Part shown: piece after piece, positions 38,597 through 52,094 of the stretch | How the letters are laid out: the number at the start of each line of letters is the position of its first letter | How positions within the stretch are numbered: the first letter of the stretch is position 1 | Source of the DNA: Squalus acanthias | Lineage: Eukaryota | Assembly (NCBI GenBank): GCA_030390025.1 | Contig: CM059443.1 | Span: 63,798,001 to 63,862,000 of the forward strand | Length of the DNA: 64,000 nt | Direction of reading: 5' to 3' | The notes under the pieces: generated by a model | The model's database searches: none | What the model was told of the DNA's origin: nothing | The model's input: the letters and a program-made list of their open reading frames with translations, nothing else | Translations under genes and position numbers: made by a program

Positions 38597-39980
38597 ACCC
38601 CAGCCTACAACTGGGGAAGATTGTAGTGGGGGGAGGGAGAAAAGGACGAGAGTGACGTGAGTAGGTAAGAAAACAGTTTACAAAATAGGGAGGGAGTAGA
38701 AGAAAATTTACATTTTTTGTAGACGTTCTTTAATATTTGCTTATTGGGAAAATTGAAAAGGACATTCGATACTCTGATACAATTTATTTTATACTAATGG
38801 CACATTTGTTTTTTTGCACATGCTGGACGTTAGCAAGGAACTACTACTGTAGTTGGAAAAATATTTCCATAACATGCATTCAAATTTAAAAATATTAGTT
38901 GAGTTTCCTCGTGAGGCACGAACTCTTGCCTTTATTTTATTCTCCAACTGTACTGAATGAGAGTCGCTGAAATTAAGTTGAGTGCCGCAGCTCTGTAAGT
39001 GTTAATAAATCTGACTCAGTTAGTGACCGTAAAATACTATAGGTAGATAATGCTGGCACATTGTCAAGACTAAGCCCCAGGTAGGAAGGTCTGGCTGATG
39101 ATATCACTGTGTGTAGAGCTTTAGAGCTCTGCAAGTTAATCAGAAGCTTTCAAAACATGTTTATGAAGTTGAGAAGCAAATTCAAAACACTTGTTTCAAT
39201 GGGGAGTTGTGTGAGTGACTTGAGTAGGTAAGTTAACAGTTGAAACTTCTGCCTATCTGTTTTAAGGCAGTGAGACGCATAGTACAGTAACAGACTTATG
39301 CGGTAGTAATGCTGACTTGGAAGTTGTAATTCAATTTGCACTAAACAATTTCGAATAGATTCCTAAATGAGTAGCTGGAAAAAAAAGGGGGATAAACTGC
39401 CTCAGGAATGAGCTTTAAAAAGTGTTTTTCAGCGCTTAAGAGTACATTGAGAATTTTAATTTAAAATGTTGTAGATTTCACTTGGCACTTTGACCAGACG
39501 CAGTGTAAACACCAAAGGTTTTTCATGGTTATCAATTGGGACACACCTTAGTTAAGCATAAATCTTTGTTGCGGTATGGCGCCCTGTAGAAATTGCAATG
39601 AATTATGGATTTCAAATTCGGACTTACTCTCTCTCCGGCTATATAAGGGTAAACACACAAGAATTAAAGAAACCTGGTTTACCAGATCTTGCCTCGGAAC
39701 AAGATTAATTGAAGACACTGTAAAATGAAGCTAAAATCGCCCAGGGATCCTTGAACTGACAAGTTCTTGCAAGTCTTTACTTAATAAGTTTCAACATATA
39801 CTCTACATAACTGTTCCCGAGTTGTGCATTTTTTTTTTTGTTTTTTCACGCATTCTTGAGTTAGATTAAGGAATATTTTTGGAGTGCAGCGTTAAGTATA
39901 AATGCCCCAGTTTTATTAGGCCAAGAATTATATGTGAATGTTTAATGCAACCCTGAAGGAAAAACCTTTTTTCATTCAAG

Positions 39981-40174
39981 CAACCTTCCGGGTGAGATGA
40001 CCGTTGAAGACATGCCGCCACAAGTATCAGAAGTTCAAAGGTCATCCTCAGCGAGCCAAGAGACACCTGGCGCGATGACTTTGATACTGGCCACCACAGG
40101 ATCTCAGGACGAAAGAGACACAGGCAGCGAGTCTGCTGACGAAAGTATCAGCAGCGCGACTTACAGTAATTTGG
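39981..40174 (+). CDS. PEAK1: PEAK1 second coding exon (194 nt, phase 2 to phase 1)
   Basis: Acceptor ttttttcattcaAG (39979-39980) and donor GTAAGA at 40175. Translation ends SSATYSNL-G, matching PEAK1 SATYSNLGQSR across the junction. Confidence 0.9.
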
Positions 40175-41374
40175 GTAAGAGACTACAGCAGTTGGGGGGA
40201 GCAAGGTCTGGCGGGGGCGGGGGGGGGGGGAGAAGAGGACTTGGTTTCTCCTTTCTCTCGGTTTATTGTAACTTCAAAACCTTTTAAATTTTAAGAGTCG
40301 AGCCTCAGACTGTTAGCTACGTACGTGTAAGGAAAATGTTTAATTGATGCGAGTGTCCCTGCTGGCTGCCAGTAAGTATTGTAGGTTACAGAGTGAGGAA
40401 TGCAGCTGTAATGTGGGCAATCCTGTTTAGGTAGAGCGAGCAGGAAGAGATTAGATTAAAGCTTAAACGCCCTATCAAATGCTATACTGTGTAAAAAGGG
40501 CCAGCATGACGGCAGCTCTCTCAATCCCCTTGCTCGACGACTTCTGTGTTTAATTAAAGGTAGGATCGTAACATTTTAACTTTGTGAATATACTACTTCA
40601 GAAAATGTTGTTGAACAAAGTAGAGAGACTGGGTGAGGAAAGAAAGGCTATGGGTGATATGGCAGGAATGTGCACTTTTTAACACGTTAACTGCTACAGT
40701 AGGAACACCTTCATTGTTTCAGATTCGGTGTTCATTCATCGTGTTCCAGTTTTTAGAACGGTGCTAAATAATCAGTATCTGACTTGCAGGCTATAGAGGC
40801 TGTCTTTTGTTTAAGAATTATGCGTTTAAACAAAATTTGATTCTTAACCAAAAACGCGAACGAGTACAGACACAGCACATGCTTACAAATTCTTTCTTCT
40901 CTCTCTTCCTGTGTATTGTGAAATGCTAACTTTTACAAAATCATTCAAAATGTGCCTTTCAAGCAACTGACTTTCCGAGATTAAAAGATGATTTTTTTTT
41001 TCTTCAAGCGACACAAACTTATGTAAATAACATAGAAACACTTCAGATCTTTACCAAATTTAGTAATTATCCTACAGTGAGGACTGTAGAAATCTGCAAG
41101 CATGGGTCCCCCGTGACCAATGTTCCCTCTAATTTTCTTTTGGGCAGCGCGGCCCATTCAAATTTCCACGCATGCGCGGCTTTTCCATTTAAAAGCCGGT
41201 GAGCCGGCTGCGCGGGACCTCCAGAGCACTGCGCAGCTTAAAGGGAACATTGCCTGTGACTACTGCATATTTCAACGTGATTTCTCTGATCAGATGGGTA
41301 TCTGATATCCACTGAAATCTATAACCGTGCTCAAAATTCTCCAAAACCCAGCTATTGAGAAAGCCACACAGGTA

Positions 41375-41660
41375 GAGTTTCTGTTCATCTGATGGAGCGC
41401 ACACTCTTGCCCCATAGGGGGACTCCCTACTTATCTAAGTCCAGAGAGTTTAGGCGTAAATTGGCATGAGCCGAGACTTAAGGACCCCGAGTTTACTGGA
41501 GTTCATCAAGTTTAAAACTGCACGGAACACAGGTAAGTGTCCTGCTGCTTTGCCAACCAGGACAATCCTACCTGTTGGAACATTTAGGGTTATCTGCAGC
41601 CAAGTGAGAAACATATCCGCCCTCAGTGACAGGTTTAGCCCTCCTGGTCTCTATTAATGC
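41375..41660 (+). repeat. Unclassified interspersed repeat (related copies at ~3300-3600 and ~47080-47200)
   Basis: TTTCTGTT..GATGGAGCGCACACTC..CTACTTATCTAAGTCCAGAG matches 3302-3375. Confidence 0.5.
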
Positions 41661-43974
41661 GCCATGCTGACTGGTCAATCATCAACAGTTCCCTGTGGAC
41701 CTGCCTGGCTCAGGTATCCGATTATTGTGCCTACCATATTGACTCAGTTCCAACCTTCCATTGTCAGGCATGTCATTTTGGAGCTGACTTGATACCACAG
41801 AAATCCCATTTGTCACTTCCTTCTTCCTTCCCAAAGAGGGTAATTACTAGTTGAAATCAACAAGTCTTAAGCTTTCGAATAAGATCACACTTACTGTTTT
41901 GGAATTGTTTGACTACATCTTAATTTCTTTTCCTACTAACCCACCAAACTCAAAATGACCACTACCACATTGAGATGTTGATATTTGGACTTACTGATGG
42001 CTGTTTCTGTTACATAGTCATTCAGACAAAATGGTCACTGTTTTGACAGTATCTGTGCACTAAGATTGCCAGTGAAAAATGGCAGTAAAATGCATAGAGA
42101 CCCTTATGACATCAAAGCTGTGTTACAGATGTGTGTGTGATAGATTGAATAAAAGACCCATTTTAATCCAGTTGCTATCTTGAATGAATGTGTAATCATG
42201 ATGGTTTGTGAAATTATGTTTAATTTCACCCTGGTCCTCGCTGACCTACATGGGCTCCCTGTCACCCAACACGTTGAATTTAAAATCTTCATTCTTGTCT
42301 TCAAACCCCTCTACAGCCTAATCCTGCCTATCTCCACAATTACAAATATTTACAAATTGTTGCTGTTCACTGATTTTTCTTATCAATTGTGGGAAATAGA
42401 TTTTCTATCACAAAATGTTACTGTTCTTCACAAAACATACCAAATTTCTTTGTTGATTTCTACTGACCCTGTTCATTTTCAAAATGGGCACACTCATAAT
42501 TGTCTATATATCTCATTCAGGCCTGTAACAGGCAATATCACCTTCTTTAAATTGCTAAACTGAGTTGAAAAAACTTTAAGAATACTTTTCTCATAAGCAC
42601 TGGGTTCTTTCTGCAAGTGGCAAGCATATTTGAAACCACCTTGATAGCTCAGTGGGTGAATGTACTATTTAGCGTGGACTGAGCCAAAAAGGCAAGAAAG
42701 AATCCAACTAGATTCTGTTGCCACTTGGACTGCCCGCTCATCGATCGCCACACATTACCACGCACGTGATTGATGATGTAGCGCCTCATTCCCGCTCAAA
42801 CTGCTCCTGTGATGCACATCCCTGGCCAATGAGATGTTGGTAATATGTCCATCATAGAACAGCTTGAATGGAGATGGTGGATTTACGCAATGAATCACAT
42901 GCTAGGCGGTGCCCAGAATGCAGTGACCTCTGCAGACATACCAGGCAGAAGCTAGCATTTTCACTGACTCTTTCAGAAACATCGCACTAAATGATGCAAA
43001 TGCTGAGTCACTGCGGGGACATTCCAGAAGGTAAGTCACACCAAGGGTCCATCAGGAGTTGGTCTGCATACATATAAATTAATTCCAGAATAAAAGCTAG
43101 TTACACTCATTCCTGGTGCGAGCTTCTCAGTTTGTCCTGCAACAACCCTGAGATTTTTGGCATTTTTTCACGGTGACAAATGAAATTTTCCCTGCTTTTT
43201 GAATGATTCCTACAGTCAGCTATCAAATATTTTTTACTCTTTTTTTGTCAAAAATTCACTTTTAGTAATACACTGTTTGACCAAATACTGATGCACCATG
43301 ACTTGCACCAATGCCGTAGCCCCATCACAAAGCGCTTCTCTCAAATGAACAGCATTCAAACTATTGCGTCATTCTATGGTTATTGCTCGGGTCAGGATTT
43401 AAAAATAAAAATGTTTCTTGTGATGCACTGGTGCAGAAAGCGGCAGTGCTGAGTGGTAAGATGTGACTGTGCAGTAATTTGTACATCAGAGTTACTAACT
43501 TTTTGTTAAGGGTCACAATCCCAATCTTGCTCTCTCTCTTTTCTCTCTCCTCTATTTTTCTCTCTTTTTATATGTATGTAATCCTGGCTCCAGCAAAATC
43601 CCAGAGCTGGCGGGCTGTGGATGGAGGCTCAGAGACAGACGGAGCAACGCCTCTGCTGAGGGCCACAGGTGAGGAGGAGGAGGTGGGCTGTAAGTGGCCC
43701 CGGGCTTCATTCTGAGAACCCTTGCTCTGCATAGTGAGTTTCTATTCTGTCGAGGGAGGGAGGGAACCTCTAAAGCATGGTGCATGCATGTCTTCGGTTA
43801 CAGAGTATAATTGGTAGAATCTGGAAACATGGATGCTGTATCAATCATGAAATAGCACATGCGTGGAGAGAAGAATTGGAAATCAGTTTTTTGTAATACA
43901 GATAATTCACTATTGTAGTTTTTTTCTCACTAAAATGAGCCATCATATCCAGAAGAGCGGAACAGCAAACTGAC

Positions 43975-46760
43975 CATAGAATAAACATAGGAAGGTGCAA
44001 GACCAGAAAAGACGCTATTGTATTTGGCCAGTTCCAAAAGCCTAATACCTATCAGTTGACCATCTCTCAAATATCTATCCAATCCTCTCTTAAATGGGTC
44101 CACCCTATCTGTCTCCACCTCTTCCTTGAGTGGTCCTGTCCAAAAGTACCCTATCCTCTACATATAGTAACCTAAACTGCCTGTGCACCTTCTCTTTCCT
44201 AAGCATGAGCCTGTGTCCCTGGTTCTCGAATCTGTGGCAATCTCAAACAGATTCTTGGGTTTCATTTATCAATTCCCTTAAGAATCGTAAATACTTGGAA
44301 GATCTCCCGCAAGTCATCTTTTCTCCAGAGTAAGTGATCCCAGGCTCTTCAACCTTTCCTCTTGGCTCAGATGCCTTAAACTAAGTATAGCTGCCACACA
44401 CTGCGCTGTCGGGTTAAATCGATTATCTACCTGTACCCCCAGATCCCTCGCCTGTATTATGTCCTGTGTCCTCAGGCCTTTATTTTCTAATTCTACTGTT
44501 TATTTGCCCTCCCTTGTCTCATTCCCATGCATTTGTCCACATTAAATGCCATTTGCCACTCATCTTCCTAACGTAGCCAGATCGCTTTGTATTTGGCTTA
44601 TCTGTTGCATATTGTTGGAACCCTCCACCAATTCCCCTTCACAATTTGGTGTCACCTGTTAACTTAGCTTGTTTTCTGTCCTTAGCTCCAAATCATTTTA
44701 TGTACACTGTAAACACTAGTGGCCCTAACACTGATCCTGTGGCACCCCACTGCTGACCCCTTGTCATGTTGATGCAGCTTCATTCATCACCATGCTTTGC
44801 TTTCTCCAGTTTGGCCAATTTCCAATCCTGCTGTCTCGTGCTTTCCTACCATGTGGACTAAAGGAAATAAAGGACTGTGGTAGATTAAATTGTTGGGTTG
44901 TTAACCAGAAATGCCCATACAAGTGATGTAGACTAGTTGTCCTTTCGGATCTTTGTCAAGAAATGTAATTTAAAACATAGTAATATATTTGGGCAGGAAA
45001 AGGACCATCTGTTTCCTTACTGTGATTCTGGAACTAGTAGCCCTGTATCTCCTTTCCAGTCCCTTTTTAAAACCGGCTGTAGCTTTCTAACCCACCACTC
45101 TCAATGGTTGTTTCACAATTCTATCTCAGTTGCCCAGTTGAGGTGAGGGTTTGAGGTCTGAAATTTAAGAGTTCATTCCTGCCTCTCTGTCAAACAAGGG
45201 AATCATATTTGCTACTTTCCAAACCTTTGGGATTTTACTGAACTTTGAAAGATATCAGGGGAATTTCAATTTCTTCATCCAGATCCACACGCATCCTTGG
45301 ATGGAAATTGAGAGAGCTCAGAGCCTTGTCTACTTCCAACGTTCCTTTCTAAACTATGCCTTCCTTTTCAACCAGCTCTCCCCCTTGTACTCCCCTCATT
45401 TTCTTCTCTTCCCCCCACTGCCCCTGTTTAAAAAAAAAAGTCACCAAAATAATCTAGGAATTCGTCACATCCATGTTTTCAAACACCACCTTCACAATGC
45501 TGCTGGTAAATGGACCAACTTCTCTCTACCATTCTCTTGCTCCTGATGTATTTTTGCTATTACCTTTCATATTTTCTGCTATGTTCTTCTCTTGTTCACT
45601 TTTTCCATCTCATCAGTTTCTTGGCCTGCCTCTGCTTGATTTTTCTCACTATCATATTCCTTTTCTGTGCATTTCAGAGTTTTATATGCCCTTTCTTTAT
45701 CCTGCATACACTCCATGACTTCTCTTTTCATCGCTGTCCGCTTTACTATCAAATTCTCAACTTATTTCTGGGATAAACTGCTCCTGCAATGTAAATAATA
45801 TTGTCTTAAAACACCATAATTTTCCCTCCACTTCATTCTGTTTAAAAAATGTTATTCCTTTCATACAGCATTTCATTCCTTCAAAGTCTGATATCCTGAA
45901 ATCCAATTTCTTAAGTTTCTTAAATCAAATTTAAAAAACTTTATGATCACTGGACCCCAAATGTTCTCTTACTTCAGCTTGCTTATCACTCCCTCCTCGT
46001 TAGTAAGGACCAAATCCAATATTACCTTCCCCCTTTTTGGGTTCCCTCATGAGCTGTTTATTAGCCCTGGTTTATATCAGGAAAATCAAAATCTTTCGAG
46101 TACAAATAAGCTCTCAGCACTAATATTTCTTATGACTTGCCACAACCGTACATCCACCCCCATAATTTTATTTTGTGGTGGCGTGCAACATATTCCTACT
46201 GCTAACTTTTTCCCTTTACTGTCTTCTAAATCCACCCAAAGAGACTGTGCCAATTCCCAGTTCCTTCCTCTCAGCAACATATACATTTTCCCTGATTGAA
46301 CAGTGCCACTCCACCCATTTCTTTTCTTCCCTATCTTTCCTGAAGCACACACAAGTCCTGCAGGTTTGTTCACCACTCATTCTCATTAGTAATGTCGACG
46401 ATATCCATTACCATCACTTCCAACTCACCCATTTTATTTCTTCTGCTCCAGACATTCATGTAAGTACATCTCCGTTCATTCATTGCTCTCCATGCTGTAT
46501 TCACATGACTCATTTCTAAAAATTGCCTCACACTGTTACCCTTTCCCCTGCTTTCCTAGTTTAAATCCTTCCTAATTGAATCAGTAAAGGTGAATATGCC
46601 TTCTCATTTAGGTGGTGCCATCCCAATGGTAAAGCCTATCCTTCCACAGAAGTTGTCCCAGTGGGCTAAGAATTTGAAACCTGCCCTTCTGCAGAATGTG
46701 TTGAGCTGCTCATTGGGCTTCCTAATCTGTAGCTGTCTAATAGGCCCAGCATTTGGAGTA
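43975..46760 (-). mobile_element. Old, heavily degraded CR1-like LINE remnants
   Basis: Decayed 3' end at ~43975-44400 and RT-like ACAATTTGGTGTCACCTG / GATCCTGTGGCACCCCACT. ORF 46086-46376 (SLWVDLED..LAVGICCTPP) resembles the APE endonuclease GVCYRPP region. Confidence 0.5.
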
Positions 46761-49093
46761 ATCCTGAAGTTTGGGCAGAAATTATTTGGTTGAGCTAAAT
46801 CTGCAGGTTTTTTTGATGTATCTCAACTGTGGGAATGATTCCAGTGGGTGCGGTTTGGAAATGGCTTTGGCATCTTGATGACTGTTCACTACATGGAATT
46901 ATTGACTCAAGTGCCAATTAAATGTTTTGAGGTTTTTGAAATGAGCTGTTGGATTGGTAATCAAGCACAGTAATAACACTGATTGGTTTGTTTTAAACCC
47001 GCCATTGAAAGTTTGTTTTGGATCATTCGGTGTTGTTTGAATATCCAAACCGAGAGAAAGCCACATGCGTAGAATTTCTGTTTTGTCCATTACGGAGAAC
47101 ACCTGTCTCCCAGAGGAGCACACCCCACTTACCCAATGCCAGAGAGCTTATTGTTGGCAGGGCCAAGGTTTAGAGAACCCCTGAATTTGCGCAGGGGTAC
47201 TGATGGAGTTTAACCAGGTAAAACTGGATCTTGCCTGTATAGAGCACTGTAAGCGTCTCACTGCTTGTCCAGCTGGGACCACACTGCTTGCTAGAAGGAC
47301 TGTCTGGAACTGAATGGGAAGAATCTGAGTTCTCAGTGACAGTGTACATCTCCAGGTTCCATTAAGAGACAGACTAGTTGATTATCAACCATACCCTGTA
47401 GTTCTGAAGACCTGCCTGGTTCAGGATCAGATTACCAAGTCTGCCACAGAAGGGTTCCGAACTTTGTAGGGTTGAGGTGGCTGTTGATGAGAGACCCCTT
47501 TTAAAGTCTATTCAATTTTCGTCATTATCAGTGACTGTTATATTTTGTAAAGATCATCCAGCTTATTTAGATAGATACTTTTTCCTGGTAAGTTACGTCC
47601 TCTGAGTTCAGATTTTATCAAAGTTTTAATTGTTAAAAATACAAATTGCAGGTGTCGCTGAAATTGTTCTATGGATGGGATTGCTGGACCATAGTTTGTC
47701 TCGGGGCCCTGCGATGTGATGGCGATCGTGGCGTTGTATCACGGTCACATCTTGGTTTTTGCAGTGTAGAAAATGCGTGTTGCATCTATGTGCTGGCCAT
47801 GTATAATTGTCTAATTGGGAATGCCTGTGAGAACAATGTTTGTGTTAATGCAGACTGGCACCAGGTAAGACCTTTTTATTGTCTGTGGCAATGTTGAATT
47901 TGAGGAGAATGCCAATCTTCACTAAAAACTGGTTACTGGAGTAGAGGTATGTTGGGTTACTCATATTCTACAGGAGGATGAAACATGACTTCAAAACTGC
48001 ATTCTATGCAGTGAAAAACGCTTGGCAATTAAATGCAATCACATTAAAGCATCTATGCAGATGGCTATTTCTTAAATGTAGCTTTTCAGAATGATTTTCA
48101 TGAAAATCATTTGAGTTAGTGGTTTTCTTGAAGCACTTTCAGTTTTTCTTTGTAAAGCTTCTGTCTTCTTTTGAAGTTTGCCCAGAGCTTCAGTGTTTCT
48201 GAGTACATATATTATTCTCGTTGCTTTCAACAACTCTTTAATCCCTCAGCCCTCCCTGGCTCTTCATCCCCCGATCCACTGCTACTCTCAGCATTCTTTA
48301 AAATCTCTTTATGGCCATGCCTGCTTCATACCTGATACCATGATTAAAATCAACATAACCCACTCTTTAACTGGCTCCGTGACTAACCATTTCCATTCCA
48401 CAGCCAGGTATGTAATCAAATAATCTTGAACTCCGTGATCACAACAGAAACCAAAACTGGTTCTCCCTGTCTAAAACCAATTGAACTGCCTTCTTGATAC
48501 CTGCATGCATTGATTTCATTTTGTTAAAAAAAAATCTACCCTCTGCACTGCATAGAGGATCGCTGCTGCTTGCGGAACTACCTACAGAGAGAAGGTGGAA
48601 AAAAATTCAAATAAGCCCCACTGAAATTGAAGTGTCAGTTGACTGTAGTTGCTGTGTTTAACAGCAGTATACAGCTGCTAGTATAAAGTTCTTCACTGTA
48701 AGTGGTGCCACTCACCTTGTTGCTAATTTATGGATCAGTAAGACTATAAATCTGAAATGTTAAGGATTTCATACACTCATAGCAGGGTAATGAACTGTGA
48801 CTGCACTATGGCTCCAGTGCACTGCAATTATGTTCATCGTGCTTTGCTGATCAGAACTGTTGGTTCGCAATCCTCTTATGGCCTGAAAGCTAAACACTTA
48901 AATTGATCTATGAAATTCAAAAATTTATATTGAACACTGAGAAATACATTTTCACCGGTATCGGAAGTTAGCGTTCAGAAGCCATGTTCAATCCAAAGTG
49001 TGTTTTTATTAAAAACTGCGCAGTTGTTCAGTAAAGTGCATATGTTGTCTAACAGTACTATGGTTCTAAAGCTTTTTTTATGTGATTGTATAG

Positions 49094-49874
49094 GGCAATC
49101 GCGGGCCAACATGATACCCCTGAAGCAGCCAAGACAAGTGAAAGGAGCTTCAGATGATGCCATTGCATTTACGGGATCCACAGAACAGGAAACCATGTCC
49201 GAGAGTCAGCCAACACCACCCCCTCTTCCAAAAAAGACCATAATCCGAGCAAACACTGATCCAGCATCAAAGGACTATGTCCACAAAATGATAGAAGTGA
49301 AAAATTCTGGGCACAATGTAAACTTGGCAAACCCACTGTATGATGTAGAGTATCCTGGGGACGCAAACTGGGATGCATCAAGTGCTTGTTCCTCACTTAG
49401 TTCAGATGCCAGAATATGTGACAATGAGTCGGAGATTCGCTGGACAGAGCAGTGGGCAAGTCAGTGACAAAGGCCAGCATATCATCAACGGCCAACAGTA
49501 CTTGCAGCCTCGCCATGAGCAGCAGTAAGGAAAGGTGCTCAAATAGCTTGGATTCACTATCCGAGAAGAATCGTTTTCCTCAGAGACCTGGTAAAAGCAT
49601 ACAAAAGCCACAAAGGCATGCACTGTACAAAGGGATTGAGAACAAAGAGGAGGTGGTGATAAAGATTCGAAATCTCCATACAGACTCGCTGCGGAAACTG
49701 GCAGCTAAATGTGAGGACAAGTTCATGGAGGGCCAAAAGAACCAACTTCGCTTTGGATTGGACAACTGGTCAGACTTCAGACTGACGAGCGATAAACCTT
49801 GCTGTGAGGCAGGTGATGCAGTTTACTACACAGCATCCTATGCTAAGGACCTCTATAACCAATATGCAATCAAG
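49094..49874 (+). CDS. PEAK1: PEAK1 third coding exon (Crk/14-3-3/PTB docking motifs, SHED helix, start of pseudokinase N-lobe); apparent -1 frameshift at ~49431
   Basis: Acceptor gtatAG (49092-49093) and donor AAG|GTAAGC at 49875. Encodes GQSRANMIPLKQPRQ, PTPPPLPKK, RANT and NPLY in one frame, then LHTDSLRKLAAKCED, WSDFRLTSDKPCCEAGDAVYYTASYAKD and YAIK in another. Length is 781 nt where phases require 782. Confidence 0.95.
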
Positions 49875-49989
49875 GTAAGCGCTCAGAATGATTCTCACCA
49901 TTTTTTAATGTACCAAAATTAGGTCATCAAAAAAACCATAGCCAAGGCAGTTTTCGTGGAAAACTGGACAGAATCACAGAATCCTGGAG

Positions 49990-50175
49990 TAATTGAGGCG
50001 CATAACATAGATGCATTGAGGGGAAGCTAGATAAACACATGAGGAAGAAAGGAATAGAAGGATATGCTGATAGGGTGAGATGAAGAGGGGTGGGAGGAGG
50101 CTCGTGTGGAGCATAAACACCGTCACGGACCAGTTGGGCCGAATGGCCTGTTTCTGTGCTGTGAATTCTATGTAC
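49990..50175 (+). mobile_element. CR1 3' end
   Basis: GGGAAGCTAGATAAACAC..GGCCGAATGGCCTGTTTCTGTGCTGTGAATTCTATG. Confidence 0.8.
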
Positions 50176-50687
50176 TAACAGCCAAGTGCTGTCGAGACTC
50201 TCACACAAATAATCACCATTTGGACGGTGTCCAAAGAAACAGTTTGCACTCTTTTCTGGTGGTGAGACGTTATTCATAGCTACTCCATTTTTTCTGCTCC
50301 TCCCAAGAGTGCAGGATAACGTTGTGCTTCTGTTCAAAGTCGACGGTTATTGGATGGACTCGAACAAAGGGATATCAATCCAGGTTCAAAATTTCAACGG
50401 TGTTTGTAGCCACCAGACTATCAACTTGTTTAACCTGGCAGAAGTATTTATAACCAGTTATATGATGTGTGAGTCCATTCAATCTTTCTCCTCGCACTTA
50501 TATTTTGCAAGTAAAGCCAGTAATCTAAATGTGATAGGAAGTCAATATTTCACCACTCTTGGAGATCAAAGTATGGCCACTGTGTCAACTAAAATTCATA
50601 CCGATTTCCTTATGAGGAGACTGTGGACAATGTTGGTGCAGATGGGGGTTTAGGTACTGCTGCAGCAAGTATGGCTTGGAATTTCCT

Positions 50688-50846
50688 GATGCGGAGATGC
50701 CGGTGTTGGACTGGGGTGGACAAAATTGAGAGGTCGCACAACACCAGGTTATAGTCCAACAGTTTTATTTGAAATCACAATCCGAAAGCTTGTGATTTCA
50801 AATAAAACTGTTGGACTATAACCTGGTGTTGTGCGACCTCTCAATT
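50688..50846. mobile_element. Mini palindromic PLE insertion (family B), hammerhead truncated
   Basis: Same sequence family as 23822-24041, with perfect inverted arms around TCCGAAAGC. TSD TTGGAATTTCCT at 50676-50687 and 50847-50858. Confidence 0.85.
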
Positions 50847-52094
50847 TTGGAATTTCCTACCAGCTACCTGTATTTATGTGATTAGTGATATTTGAGACTC
50901 ACTGCTCAACAGACAAACTCTAGGAATAAGAAAAAAAGCCATGGGTTTCATGTGTTCCTCTGGGAATGTAGCCACTTGAGCTTCAAACTTGTACATTTTA
51001 AAGAGAGTTTTTCTTTTTCCTGTCTCATAAAATATTGAGAGAATTCACATGCTTTTTGAATTACTTGAAATAAGCAGTGCAGTGTCAAATTCTTTCAAGT
51101 TTAGGTATAATTAATAACACATGTCGTTGGATAAGTGCCTTTGAATAAAGGCGCAAAAATGCAACTTTATTTAAAAATTTAGTCTCATTAACTGTGACTG
51201 TTGGTTACAGGATTTGGCAGCTTATATTAGGATTTCTGTCTTGGGTGGTCTTAAGTACTTGTCTGTAGTTTCCACTTCCTTGGATGCTTGGCAACAGCTT
51301 ATTCTTGCAAGATTTTGCTTAGACAGTCTTTATTCTGTGCTCTCGCTCAGCCCTTCACTCCAAAAGTGCTTTAAATCGAAGCATACAAACCTAAACTTCT
51401 TGAAAATTATATTTTTCTGACTTTTACAACACTTTAGCTGTCGATGCCTCAGGTGATACCTCAGCTCATCCTGCCGTACCCAACTTGCACTGCATCCATT
51501 TCTGTTTTCTGCTGTATTTGTGACTTTAAGGATAGTTGCTGTTGATAATTTTTATTTCCATGCCACTTTTATTCTTCATAACACAGCTTTACAGTCTCGT
51601 GAATAATCTTTATACATTTAAGTACAATTATTTTAACACATTCAAATTAACAAAAATATTCTCCAACAAAATTAACCCTTTGCCTTCTCGGTAGAAGTGC
51701 CACAACTTTACCCTGCCTCATTCCAGTTCCCCCACCTCCCCCTTCCCACACAATCATTGGTGTCTTCGTGGTACACTGTTAGTTCGAGGCCGGTGGTCGT
51801 TTGCAAACTCCAATTTGCAATACTCTTAATCTGCCCATCAGGAGGAGAACGAGTGGTCCACAATAGCTTTCCCTCCAATTCTCCTTTCTTTCTCACTGGA
51901 GAAAGACCATGCATTGATGGACCAGAGATTTGTTAGGGTTCAAATTCTAAAAGACTTCACGTTTTTGGGGGGGGTTTCTTAGCTTGGCAAGTATTATAGC
52001 AACTTTTAAAATCTAGTTACTGCTTTAACAGTGTATGTTGGAATACATGATCACCTGGCTTATAGTTTCTTTCTTAACCCTTTGTAACTTTGCT

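Noticed and set aside
28150-49440. The +1 and -1 indels as mutually compensating or programmed frameshifts
   Set aside because: An in-frame stop at 28176 lies between them and no slippery-site/pseudoknot signature is evident.
23822-50858. Pairing of the two family B elements across exons to drive circRNA formation
   Set aside because: Each element should fold on itself first; no evidence for long-range pairing.
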